Below, piece after piece: positions 23,530 through 36,228 of a stretch of DNA of 64,000 nucleotides (its first letter is position 1; the number at the start of each line of letters is the position of its first letter). A program made the translations under genes and the position numbers. The DNA is taken from assembly GCF_006345805.1 (NCBI RefSeq), contig NC_042998.1:127348001-127412000 (forward strand), written 5' to 3'. This DNA comes from Octopus sinensis (Eukaryota). The notes under the pieces are model-generated. The model worked only from the letters and a program-made list of their open reading frames with translations. It made no database searches and was not told the origin of the DNA.

Positions 23530-23613
23530 TTATATATGTATGTATATATATATACAAATATATATATATATATATTATATATATATATATTTATATAGTA
23601 TGTATATATATAT

Positions 23614-23662
<49 letters not shown>

Positions 23663-23685
23663 TATATATGTATGTATATATATAT

Positions 23686-23728
<43 letters not shown>

Positions 23729-23763
23729 GTATGTATATATATATACAAATATATATATAATAT

Positions 23764-23852
<89 letters not shown>

Positions 23853-24199
23853 TAAGAGTGAAAAATTGAATATTAATTTGATTAATATCAATTTAAAACC
23901 AGTGGCCTAGCATGTTGAAAAATCTGAACATTCAGAAAAAGTATATTACATACATATAAGTGGGATGACCACTAAGTGGACATCCTTTATGCTAGAAGTA
24001 GACCCTCTATCGTCTTACCACTAAGAATAGATTGTTCTCAAGAAAATTCAGCTAACGCCAGAACGTAAGCGAGAAAGGATGCAAAATATAAAGATTAATC
24101 AGAACCCCGGTTTCATTGTTACGACTTACGTAAGTAATGATGAATAACTGTTCAGATTATACAAAGAACAGGGTTGTTTTGCTAGCTCCACAGATAACA

Positions 24200-25740
24200 C
24201 ACTTCAGAGTATTGGGTCAATTATCAAAATACACGATTTACTGGTCCATTTACCATGTTCGATTACACTGAGAGCAGTGAATAGGGCTCCGACGAGGATG
24301 AGCTCGTCTAGGATTTTGCTGACGTTTCTTGAGCTGTCTTTGCAAAGTCTAGTCCGCGCATCCTCAAAATGCATGCTGCGTACCAGTTTTGACCATACCC
24401 CTCCATGTAGTACTGTATGTGGCCAGTGTTTCAAGTTCACCCGGGGTGATGTTGCAGAGCTTCGGGGATTTCTTGAGATGATCTTTATATAGCTTCTTTA
24501 GACCTCCTTGCTGTTGGTTACCTCCTGCTAACTCCCCAAAAAGCACAATCTTGAGTATACGGTATTCCGGATTCCTGACAACATGCCCCACCCAGCGCAG
24601 TTGATGTTCGTGGATCATGCATTTAATGCTGGTCAATTTCGCTCGTCTCAGGGTCTCCGTATGTGAGATCTTGTCCTTCCAGGTCAGATGAAGAATGCAC
24701 TGGAGACAGCAGATATGAAAGGATTCGAGGAGTTTGAATTTGACGACGATAAAGTGTCCACGTTTCTGAGGCATACAGTTTTTTGTGGAGAGATTCAGAT
24801 AACGATTAAGGAAGACTCTATCCTTGAGGCGCCAAAAAGCGGAGAAGGCTAGGTGGATGCTAATCAAATAGGTGAATCTCTCGGTGTTCTTTAGCTGGTT
24901 GTCTTGGATCGAAAGAGACACAGGGGGTGAACCACTTTTGGAGCGTTGAAGGATCTCTGTTTTCTTGGTGTTGACCTGGAGTCCAGCCCGACGATAGGCG
25001 TTGCACACAACGTCTAGATTCTGCTGAAGGCTGGCTGGCTCGTGGGCGAGAGCTTTGCAGTCATCGGCAGAGTGGTGGATTGAGTCTTTGTTAGTGATTT
25101 TAGTCTCCTCAAGTTGAAGAGACTGCCATCGTGGCGATATCGAATTGGGATGCCATCTTCAGGTTGAGGTCTTAGCGAGATAGTAAAGTCACTGACACAA
25201 GGAACACATTGAAGAGGACAAGGATGCATCCTTGTTTAACACCGACCTGAACGTTGAAGTAGTCAGACTGATCACCACCCAATGTCACACGTGCATGCCG
25301 TCATGGAACTGGCATAGAATGGCGAGAAGCTTAGGAAGGCATCCATACCTCTGCAGGACATTTCATAGTAGTGGGCGGTTAATAGTATCAAAAGCCTTAG
25401 TTAGGTCAATAAAAGCAAACGAGGCATCGCGCTCTTGTTCTCGGCATTTCTCAAAAAGGTGGCGGGAGACGAAGACCATGTCGACAGTGCTACGGTTTGC
25501 TCTAAGACCGCATAGACCCTCTGGGAGGATTCCTTCAACGAAGTGGCCAAGAAGTCGAGAGAGCAGGACGCGTGCTAAGACCTTTCCTGCAACATCCAGG
25601 AGTGAAATACCTATGCTGTTGTTACAGTTTAAGCGATCGCCCTTCTTCTTGAAGATGGTGATTATGTCTGCGTGTTTCAGGCGTTGAGGGACCAAGACAC
25701 TTTTCCAACAGTAGAGGATAAACTGATGAAGACGATGGAT
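24200..25740 (-). mobile_element. RTE/BovB-type LINE, 5'-truncated and frameshifted
   Basis: ADIITIFKKKGDR..GISLLDVAGKVLARVLL..RSTVDMVF..EKCREQ..FIDLTKAFD; QLRWVGHVVR..RILKIVLFGEL. Confidence 0.9.
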
Positions 25741-25763
25741 AATCTTTTTATGTATACATAATA

Positions 25764-25802
<39 letters not shown>

Positions 25803-25806
25803 TATA

Positions 25807-25861
<55 letters not shown>

Positions 25862-27697
25862 CGTACATACATTCATACGTACATGCATAAATCTATACGA
25901 ACTCTTATATATGAAAATATGTTGTCTTATGACTTTTATTGCATGCAAACAACTGGCAATCTTCACCGCTATTACTACCTATTATGAACACCAAAATCAA
26001 TACATACACCTATCCACCAACTTTTTAATAACCATTGCTGGTGACAGCAGTGACAGTATTAATATGATACCAATGGATGTAGCTTTATATGTTGTATGTC
26101 ATTACAACAGAGTCTGTGTGTGAATGAGGTGGGAGGGGAGGGAGAGGAGATTTTATTACAAGAAGTTGGAATGCTCATGAATCTGGTAACCCTTCAACTC
26201 ATTGTTATCACACAATATTTCTCTACTCCTCTCTTCTTCACACTTTCATATTCTCATTTTCATTCCTACATTCACCGGATTAAAAGAATATCTTTCATCT
26301 CAAATTACAACAAAACAGTTCTTTCCTGGTACTACCTGTCTTACTCCATATTTACTGTGAGAAATTGCTGATTGCCGCCGCTTTGGGATTTACTAACTAC
26401 TTTTGTGCTTTAGTAGGAAGGTGTGATGACAAACATATTTCCAACAAAGCGTTGCTCCTTTACGACAAAGTTTGAAGAGACCTAATGAACTTAAATAAAC
26501 ATTTTGACAATGTGAGTCAACTATACGCTGATTAATGGCTTCTGAATCAACCTGATAGCTAACTCCGGGGGATATTATCTGAGAAAATTTAAAGAACTTA
26601 TCAAAGCGGTTGACAGTGAAGATAGCTTTATAACCACAGACATTCAATATAACAGATGATGAGACATAGGATGAAGTGAAACCCTCAACTTTTATTGAGC
26701 TTGGAATAATATATGAATGGTACGTATACGTGACTGCATAAGTTTTCTATAAGTAAAATTAAATTTGGAAAGATATGCTGACACTCGCGAATGATGTGAG
26801 GTTTGAAGACGTCATAGAGGATATCGTGGTTGAGTTGCAGGTTTTCCATATCGGAAGTACGTCATCAAAAGCAAGATAAGAATATAGATAAGTGTACAGA
26901 ATTACATACAACTCCATTTACATTAGCTGAAACGAATATTGCTAATCCGTTGGTAGATGTATAGTGGTATTTGTATGTTTCTGCTGATTATTACACTCAT
27001 CATGAAAATTGCAAGGGAAGTTTACAATGAGTTCACTGAGCTATACAAAGTGATGATGTACTATTAATACCAAATAACTTGGATAAGCTCTTCACCCCTT
27101 AAGCAAATGACGATAGTGTCTCTTATCCACTCAGTAATTCGCCATCTCCTTACACAAAGTCAACATTTTTTGTGCTAAAAACGTATATTATTTCAATATT
27201 ATGATTTTTATTTATCCACTAGTGTATACTTCTTCAAGTGTCTTTTTATGTATACATATTGTACTGTGTGTATTTAGAAATTATTACTTTTGTGCATAAG
27301 AACAGTGGGATTGCATGTTATTTTTCGTTCATATTGCTGTTTTTTCTATGTTTGGTGTTTGGTTTTTCGAAAAAGTTCATCAGAATATATCTCAATTAAT
27401 AACATAAAAAGGAATAGGAAAGTTAATTTCGCATCACGGCATTTTGCGTTTAGATTTTCAGGATAGCATTATTCGTGTAGTCTGAGAGAGGTCGTTGTGC
27501 TGAAAGATTCATTCACTTGGTTGTATCTAAAGTGATATAGATATTATGAGGAGCCAGTGTGTAACTATAAGTATGGTACTATGACAATTTAGATTTAAAT
27601 TGAAATTAAACTACAAGGGTAGTTTGAACTTAAACTACAAGGATTGTTTGAACTAGCAATTTAGAATTTTTCATGACAAGGAAACAGTATTTTCAAA

Positions 27698-28089
27698 TCT
27701 TTATATATAAAAGTCAAGTTGTGTGTCTGTCTCCTACGATTTAGATTCCTAACTACTCTCACATTTTGCGGTGCAGTTTAACCAAAGCCGGGTATCTTAT
27801 AGTCGTGATTCATATCGAGCCCTTCTGGGTATTAGCGCGCGTCTACGATGAGTCTACGATTTAAAAAAAATTTACCATCATTTTTTCCATTTTAATGCAT
27901 TTTTTCGCTATTATATAAGGGAAGTAACTCTCTAAAATGTCTACGATGAGTCAACGATTTAAAAAAAATTACCATAATTTTTTTCCATTTTTAATGCATT
28001 TTTTTGCTATTTTTTTGTTATAACTCTCTAAAAATGCTTATAAAGTTATTTCCTTTACAAACCCGAGCAACGCCGGGCGATACAGCTAG
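27698..28089 (+). mobile_element. Non-autonomous Helitron
   Basis: A|TC start, cccgagcaacgccggg hairpin at 28062-28077, CTAG|T end; internal ~70-bp tandem duplication at 27841 and 27939. Confidence 0.85.
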
Positions 28090-28189
28090 TAAAATATAAA
28101 AGTGTCGTAATATTCAGAAGGAAGGTAAAACTAATTTGTTAGTATACAAGACATATCGATGTTTGATAACTGCTTCGGAAAATGGAGTT

Positions 28190-28700
28190 GTTCCAAATTC
28201 AGACTGGGAATAAGACTGATGAGCCCCAAAGCATTTTTACTTGATGTGCTCCCGATTAGAATTGTGAGTGTAAAAGGGACAGCTTTGATTAAAAGTGTAG
28301 ATGCAAAAGGGATAACATTGGCCTGGTACAAGAAGAATCACTGCTCGTAAGGGATCTGTTTTGTACTCACAGGTTTGTAAAGATCAAAATGCTTTCAAAG
28401 AAGCTGAAAACATAACTCACAGTAATTCCTAGATGTCTGACGTCCCACTTAGAACCACTAGATGTCAACATGATGAGCCCTTTAAAAATAACACGAGGGA
28501 ATAATAGAATAAATGAATGACAGAGGAGAAACATGACATTATGCCAACTGCGAGAATGAAACATCCATCAATAGTTGAAGTGCGTGGCTGCAGAAATCAT
28601 GGTCCGATAATAAAACTGAAGTCTTTAAAACGTTAAGTCTTTAAAAGATGTGGTATCACTAATGCTATGAATGTGACTGAAAATAACTTAAGAATGACAG
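28190..28700 (+). pseudogene. pogo-family DDE transposase relic
   Basis: VIPRCLTSHLEPLDVNMMSPLK resembles VIPGGLTSxLQPLDV..KPFK; SFKRCGITNAM. Confidence 0.75.
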
Positions 28701-29030
28701 TGATGGTCATAATTCTTACCTTAATGATTTAAACCTATGCGATGAATTTAGCAATGATGCGTTCTTAGTGTTTGACTAGACATGATTACTTTAGATTTAC
28801 AGTTTTTTCAATGTTTTTCTTTTTTTTTTTGTCCCAGAAATTATTTCCGTCGTCTCACTTACCTGGAATTTTAAGTCCTCTGATTTTTAGTGAATTGCGT
28901 TTTTAGGTGATTTGTACTCATTTTTCTGTTCCTAAATAAACGTGTACTCTGATATAGATATACTTAGCTTCTATTTTTCATCGTTTTCATACGGATAATA
29001 TCAAGAGACATATATATATATATATTATAT

Positions 29031-29075
<45 letters not shown>

Positions 29076-29380
29076 ATATGTATGTATGTAAATATACGTA
29101 TGTATATATATGTATGTATATATATATGTATGTATATATATATATAATATATATATATATACTGCATGAATATCATTCGGTCGGTATCTAGGTACCAAGT
29201 TTGGTATTTACATAATATTGTTGTGTGTGTATATTATTCCGACCTAACGTGTTGCTTCAATTCAAGTACCTAATTCAACTGAATCTCACTTATACACAGG
29301 CACAGACACAGACACACACTCACACAGACACACACACACATACAAACACGCACACACACATGCCAAATAAACACACGCAC

Positions 29381-29613
29381 TATATATTCGTTCATCACTC
29401 GTTTATTACTGTTCTTATTCTAACTCGTGTCCATTGTCCGCAAATCTTTCGTTCGCTTATTCCATTCTGACAGGATAGAATAAGCTGAGTAAGAGCACAC
29501 ACGAAGGCGAAAAGTGTCACTGAAGAGGTCACAGAAGTGTGAGAAAAGATTTGCGGACAATGTATATGAATTAGATTAAGAACAGTAATAAACGAGTGAA
29601 GCACAAATATATA
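29381..29613. repeat. Foldback repeat with ~70-bp arms (29381-29450 and 29543-29613) enclosing a hammerhead relic
   Basis: tcactcgtttattactgttctt...tgtccgcaaatcttt versus aaagatttgcggaca...aagaacagtaataaacgagtga; CTGAAGA-GGTCACA-gaag-TGTGA-GAAA at 29520. Confidence 0.8.
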
Positions 29614-30347
29614 GGAAGAAAATGAATGTCTCAAAATACATGTATATATTGCACTGTTACCTCTCTGTAAAAGTGTAATCGATAGAAAGTTAATGTTAAG
29701 TAAGTATTTTATCAGAGAGATGGGCCCTACAAAACCTCGTAGTATCCACACTTACTCAAGCACATACATATAAACACGCGCGCGTGTTATATCAAAAGCA
29801 TAAAATCAACATGACCTCTTATATAGACAAAATAAAAGATACTCAAATCATCCACACTAACTATAAACACTATGTATTATATTTTATTTTGCTTGATGCT
29901 ACATAAGTACGAAGATTCCCAACTGGAATCACCATGTGACATTGAACAAACCGGATCTTCCACGGCACACACACAAGCACACACCCAAGTGTGAGCGCAC
30001 ACACACATCCACTTACATACGCATGTATATATAGTATACTGCAACGTAATTAGCACTCCATCCACTGCAGAATTTAAATGTGAGTTACTATAAGTTTCAG
30101 ACTCGGATGACCTTGTATACCGTGCCGTGTACTATTCTGCAATGTTGGGGCGCAATATCTAACAATCGATGTGTGTGTGAGTGAGTGAGAGAGAGAGAGA
30201 GCTAGAGGGCGGGAGCGTGTTTGTGTCTCTGTGTGTTTCTGTGTGTGTATATGTGACATTCTGAATGTACATGCATACGTATATATGTGCATATGTATGT
30301 ATATACATGCGTGTGTTTGTTTTGTGTGTTTGTGTGTGCGCGCGCGC

Positions 30348-30396
<49 letters not shown>

Positions 30397-33300
30397 AGTG
30401 TGTGTATGCGTGTGTGTGTATGTGTGTTTAATTCTCTGGAAGAGAGTGACTCTGTCCCAGTAATTATTTCCTTCGTTTTTTGACATAATATATGAAGCTG
30501 AGAACACGTTTTGATATAAGCTGAAAATCAAGTCAACAATAGACTAATATAAGGTTTAATGATATTCCATTAATACAGTCATATTATTAATGAATTTAAT
30601 TTTCCTGAAACCATAATAGTTACTGCCTTTAAATAAAGGTTCTTTTGCGTGGAGTTAATGAGAATCCAATGAATAATATCTTCAGGTTAGAGGATCTTGC
30701 TTTTGAACTAGTTTGTAGAGTATTTGGGTGTGTTATTAAGCGACAGACAAGTCATGTCTTCAAAATTCATCTTTTCTTTCTTGCCGGGAAAAAATTGAAC
30801 TTATAATTAATTATTTACTAATATAGTTTTCCTTGTCTGAATTTCCTGTATATATTTTGTTTATTGCAGACGACGTATTTTAATAATTTCATTTTTAAAC
30901 AATTCTTGTTTCTCACATATGTAATCTTGTATATTTTACTGTTTCGTGCTTTACATTGAAAGTTATACATTGCAGAAAAGAATAGACGACACAGAAGAAT
31001 GTCTAGAATTGTCTTTCCTTCTTACAGGAAAAAGAAAAACTATAGTAGCCAGTGACTAATATACCTTGTTCGCCATTGCATAGTTAGCTTTATTTATGTT
31101 ATTTGAATTTACATTCTTCGAAATTTGGCTACTCAAAAACTAATCAGTGCTCATTAATCATTGTTAGTATTAACTTTGTGTCAATGTAAGAAATCATTTT
31201 TATTGTCTACGAAGCATATTCAGCTTATGATTTACTGTAACTGTTATTTAGTCAGTATCTCCAGTGAATGCATAACAGTTATAATGACAAGAAGCAGACA
31301 GTAAATATCCATGAATATCCGTGATTAAAATATTTCCCTGTCATTCAAATAGTGAATTTAAACTTACTAATACTATATGTAGTGGATCTAGTGGTTTATG
31401 GATAACTCAGCATCGTTTAACTGGAGAAGACCGCTGTAAAACTGGTCCGTTGGGCAACATAAGTGGCCACACACTCTAAGTAGCCGACATGCTGCAAATT
31501 CTGATAAAATACGATAAATTTTGTATATACTTATTAAATAAAAGAGGAATATTGAAAATTAACTTTATAAGCAGAAACTGCTGTGAGGCAGCAATTCTCG
31601 ATATGTATTTTTCATCTCATACAACTTCTTAACTATGATCTCACAAATATGCAATGTTCACTTGTACACACTCGATTTATTTACACAAAAGTGAGATGCA
31701 GTGTTAGAACTTGTTGAAAATATGATCAAAACAAAATACGTTAGTACTGTATTAATAGGAAGTGAAGCGCGAATAGATAATGAATATATGTACGCACGAT
31801 ATTTCGAAGTAGTGGTATGATTGATATAAGCTTGAAACGCAAAGCTGTGAAATAGCCGATGATACATTGCGGGGAAATAATTTATGGGTTTATCTGACAC
31901 CGCAAAATCCGTCTTACCGGAACACTTTGCCAAAAGATAAACTGCAGTAGAACCGCTATACGGCTTGGTTACCCCTAGAATATCACATATTTATAGGTAA
32001 TTTCACTTTGTAACAAACAAAATTAGCTCTTTGCATTCTTTTAGATTACAATGATATAAATAATGATATCCAAAGTAAAATTTGCTAATGATGGCAATGT
32101 CTGGTATTACTTTTTTCTCAAACAAGTGCCAGATTGATGAATCCGTCCAGGTAGTTACCTGAAATATTCCACATGTTTTGAGCAATGCACCAGAAAGTGA
32201 CAGAATATTGCCATTGCATATGTCCTTATTCAAAATAAACGAGACAGTAATTACTTTGACCTTTTAAGGTTACGAGAAACAAGAGAATTTTACATCCCAA
32301 GCAGAAATACAAATTCCAAGAATTATGTTGGATTTCGACATAACCACGATAAAGTCTGATTAACATGTTTTACCACAATCTCAAATATGCGTGTCTGTTT
32401 CACATACGGACAAATTCAAGCATTTGAATTTCCTATCCAGTTTAATATGGAAGGTATTTCAGTGAAGATATGGATCCTCAGTACTATCATATTGACATTT
32501 ATCTCCCTTGTTGATGTGGAGAAAGCCGTTCAAACAATTCCTGGATTGGATTTATGGCGAAAACAATGTCGAGGTTGACGGGTTCAAAGTTTTACAGATT
32601 ATCTAGGAATCAGGAATCTATATCGTGGACACCCTGCTGAAAGCATAAAATGTGTACTCATGGGTACCCAGTTGAATTGTCGAGTATGTATGAAAGTGCA
32701 ACAAAAGTTGAAAGAACTAATAATGTGGTAGAATGCAAGATGACTAGCAACACAAGATCAAATGAGAAATGTATTTGTGTGATATCAGTAATGGAAGAGT
32801 AAAAATAAAATCCTTAAGTATTTAAAAAGATTGGATATAATATTATTCTATATCCATAGCATTACGCATTTATCATGTCGTAAAGCCAGTTGTTACCCAG
32901 TTGTCTTGTAGGACAAGCTTTGTATCTCAAATTATTCTGTTTTCATATTTTAGAGAAGTCGTGAGCACTACTGCAAAACCCGCGTCCCATAGATTTCTTT
33001 TCAATATTAAATACTTTCGTTTTTGAAATAAATTTTGTATTGTTTATAGCGCTCACTATATTTCATGTAACACATCAGTAAATTTATTAATGTACATCAT
33101 TTATTCAATATAGATTAATTTTACGTCACTCAATCCCTAACTGCAAAATGGATGAAGCAGAGGTAAAGGCCGATCGAGCAAATGAAAGTATTTGAAGAAC
33201 ACAAGTATTTAACAATAAAAACACATTGATTAGGTCAGTGTTGTATAGCAGTGTATAAAATTACTTACAGTGTATAAAATTACAAAGTAAAAAAAGAAAA

Positions 33301-36130
33301 AAAACTGCAATAATTCATTAATAATAAACCAAAATGGGGGATTCGTGTCATAAAAGTAGGAATGGAGCCTTCACAAAACTTCAATGCTAAAATTATAACA
33401 AAGTAGTATTGTTATTGGTTGCCATCCAATTGCACCTTCACCAAGTTATAAGGCGTCTAGCTGGCACGCCATGTCATCTATTGACACCCGTCTTGTTGTA
33501 GTGTCATCCAGATTTTTACAGTCACAGTATCTTCTCGTGATATTAGTTGTAACGATATTAAATTGACTTCAAGTCCTAGTACACCGGGGCTGCTTGTATT
33601 TAGCCACGGGCGCTGTTTAAATATATATTCGTTGTTAGTAGATATCGTATAGAGCGTTTTGTCACTTGAGCCATTGTTGAACTGCATTTTAGTGAGAACA
33701 TACTTTACGTCTATGAGGTTAATCGCTAATTAATGAACAAAACTGATTAGAGAAAGTAAAATAATCTGTCCACATTTTTTGAAGAATAGTAATTAACTTT
33801 TCAAACTCTTGTATCATGTCTATAATTTCTCATCCATGTTAAACAATCACTGATTCGCTAAGAAAATAATAGATATGCGCTAACATTGTTAAGCCTGAGG
33901 TTCTGTGACAAAAAAAACAACGAAATGAACTGCTTGACATCTTACAGTTTCATTTAATTCTTATAACCGTAGAGACACTTCAAAGCATGCAATAAATAAT
34001 GAATATATTGACAAAACACGCTTCTAAACATTCATGCGCAAGACTGACATATACGTCGATGGACCTAACTTACATAAACTCTACCTGCTGCTTAAACTGC
34101 AGCGACACAAACGACCGGATCTTATTTTGTGTTAAAGAAAACAATTAAATATTGATTTTCTGATTTATCATGGTTCATAAGTATTCATATATGAATGGTC
34201 GTAAATACGTGTATACGGGTGTACGTTCATATGTAGGCCAGCATGTATGTGTATGTGCATGTCAATGCAAAATTGTGTACGGTTGCGCGTGCTTAAATTT
34301 GAGCGTCTAGATATTAGTGTGAAATTGTAAAGTATGTGTTTGAGGTGGATAGGGACTGATAAATACTTTGTCTTATTTCACACACTTCTCTGACATATAT
34401 TGGTTCTCACTTTGTAGGTGGTCGATTTATTTGACTTACCATGTTTCGACTATGTGTGTGTTTGGCGCGAGGATCTGCGAGAAGATGGCTGCGATAAAAT
34501 CAATGAAGGTTAGCACCGGTTTCTCGGTATTTATATCTACACATCGACAATAACATTCTAGCTTCTTAAGATCAATGATGAACTGCGATAAAAATCAAGG
34601 ATATCAGAATAAAATTAATTAAATAGTATATCTAATAAATGCACTGTCGGTACTTAGCAATAAATTATTGTGGGAATATTACAGGACGGTAAAATATTTC
34701 TTTGTGAGTCAGTTATCAATCACCCGCCACACTGAGTCAATATTTGGAGTATTAGCAGCATAACTTTTCAGATTTGAAATTCGAATATAACACGCGCACG
34801 CACACGCACACATGCACGCATGTGTGTGTAAACAATGTTAAATGTGTCTAGTAAAATGCATTTCTGTAATAGGTATAAATTATATCACTGTTCATATTGT
34901 AATCGGTGCAATATCCAGCATTAAATTATTCTAACGATACTCCGACATTAAAAATGCGAAACTATATCTTGGTAATTACTTTACCAGTTGGCACTATCAT
35001 ATATCAAAGATCGATATGTATTTATATCATAAACCAAATTAGTGTCACATCATTAAATCATTATATAAACATTTTTATTTTGATCTATGTCCGTCAGTAA
35101 ATCAGAGACGAGCTTGTCATTAAAGTATTTTGCCGTGTCAAAAGATGTTAAGAGATTTATAGTTTATACAACAGTCATTAACCTTTAACCACAGCAAGTA
35201 ATTCCTCTCGACCATTAAGGATGTTCCTGTAAAGGTTATAGAAATGCTACAACTTTTGTCCCGTCTCCTCAGAATAAGTGATGATTAAAGTCTTTGATAT
35301 CTTCACGACAACCTTTTGCTGTGACATCATAGGTTATTAGCTAAGTGAATCAGACTATTGATCCAACTGTTCGAAAAGTTTGTCATTAGCGCCTGTCAAG
35401 TAAACGTAAAAGCCTTAAATCTTAATAACTCACTTTAGTTGCTTTAAATGATATCCTATATATGTGGATATTGTTTGCTTACATGTCAGTCCCGACCAAA
35501 TATACCAATGTTCAAAGGGTTTCAGCTATGATTATCCTACTTTCTTATAGGTGTAGGGTACTTTTGAAAATATTTTCTGTATCCAAATCTAATAAAACCT
35601 AACACGATAGGCTTAAGTTTTATGATATTTAGCTGCTATTTCTACCAGGCTGAGTGACCGAGCAGCAGAATAATCCTCTGGTCACTTATATATATATGTA
35701 TATCTGGGGGCTGTATATAGTCACAAAGGTGTATAATTAACGAGTGTTTCATAAAAAAAAAATTAGTTTGTAATCAGTGTGTATCAGTTTAACATGCATT
35801 TGATTGCGGCCTGTTTTGATTACAGAAACTCTGGGATAACAATTAAGAATATTCCTATTTACAATCATTTCCTCCTGTTTGTCACTCATTAACAGGAAGA
35901 TATCTTGACTTGATTACATAATAATTTGCATAAATTACAGAAGTTCCGAAAAAGACAGACACGTCATACGCCTTTATACTTCAGTTTTTATTTTTATTTT
36001 CCAACTTGCTTTATTCAAACACAACAGAACAAAAATTTTGTTTCCCAGTATTGCAACAATTAATTGGTTTAAATCCTTCTCTGTTAGATATCTAGTTTCA
36101 TAACACCTGAGTAATGTATACAATAATTTC

Positions 36131-36132
36131 AC

Positions 36133-36225
<93 letters not shown>

Positions 36226-36228
36226 CAT
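36131..36228. repeat. (ATT)n microsatellite at the 3' flank of the Dong element
   Basis: Direct reading. Confidence 0.97.

Noticed and set aside
28214-28228. CTGATGAG motif
   Set aside because: Lies in the pogo transposase relic with no GAAA partner.
31658-32760. Short ORFs as host exons
   Set aside because: No recognisable domain and no consistent splice frame.
33380-33690. Cadherin-like minus-strand peptide
   Set aside because: Lacks the diagnostic LDRE/DxND motifs and has stops downstream.
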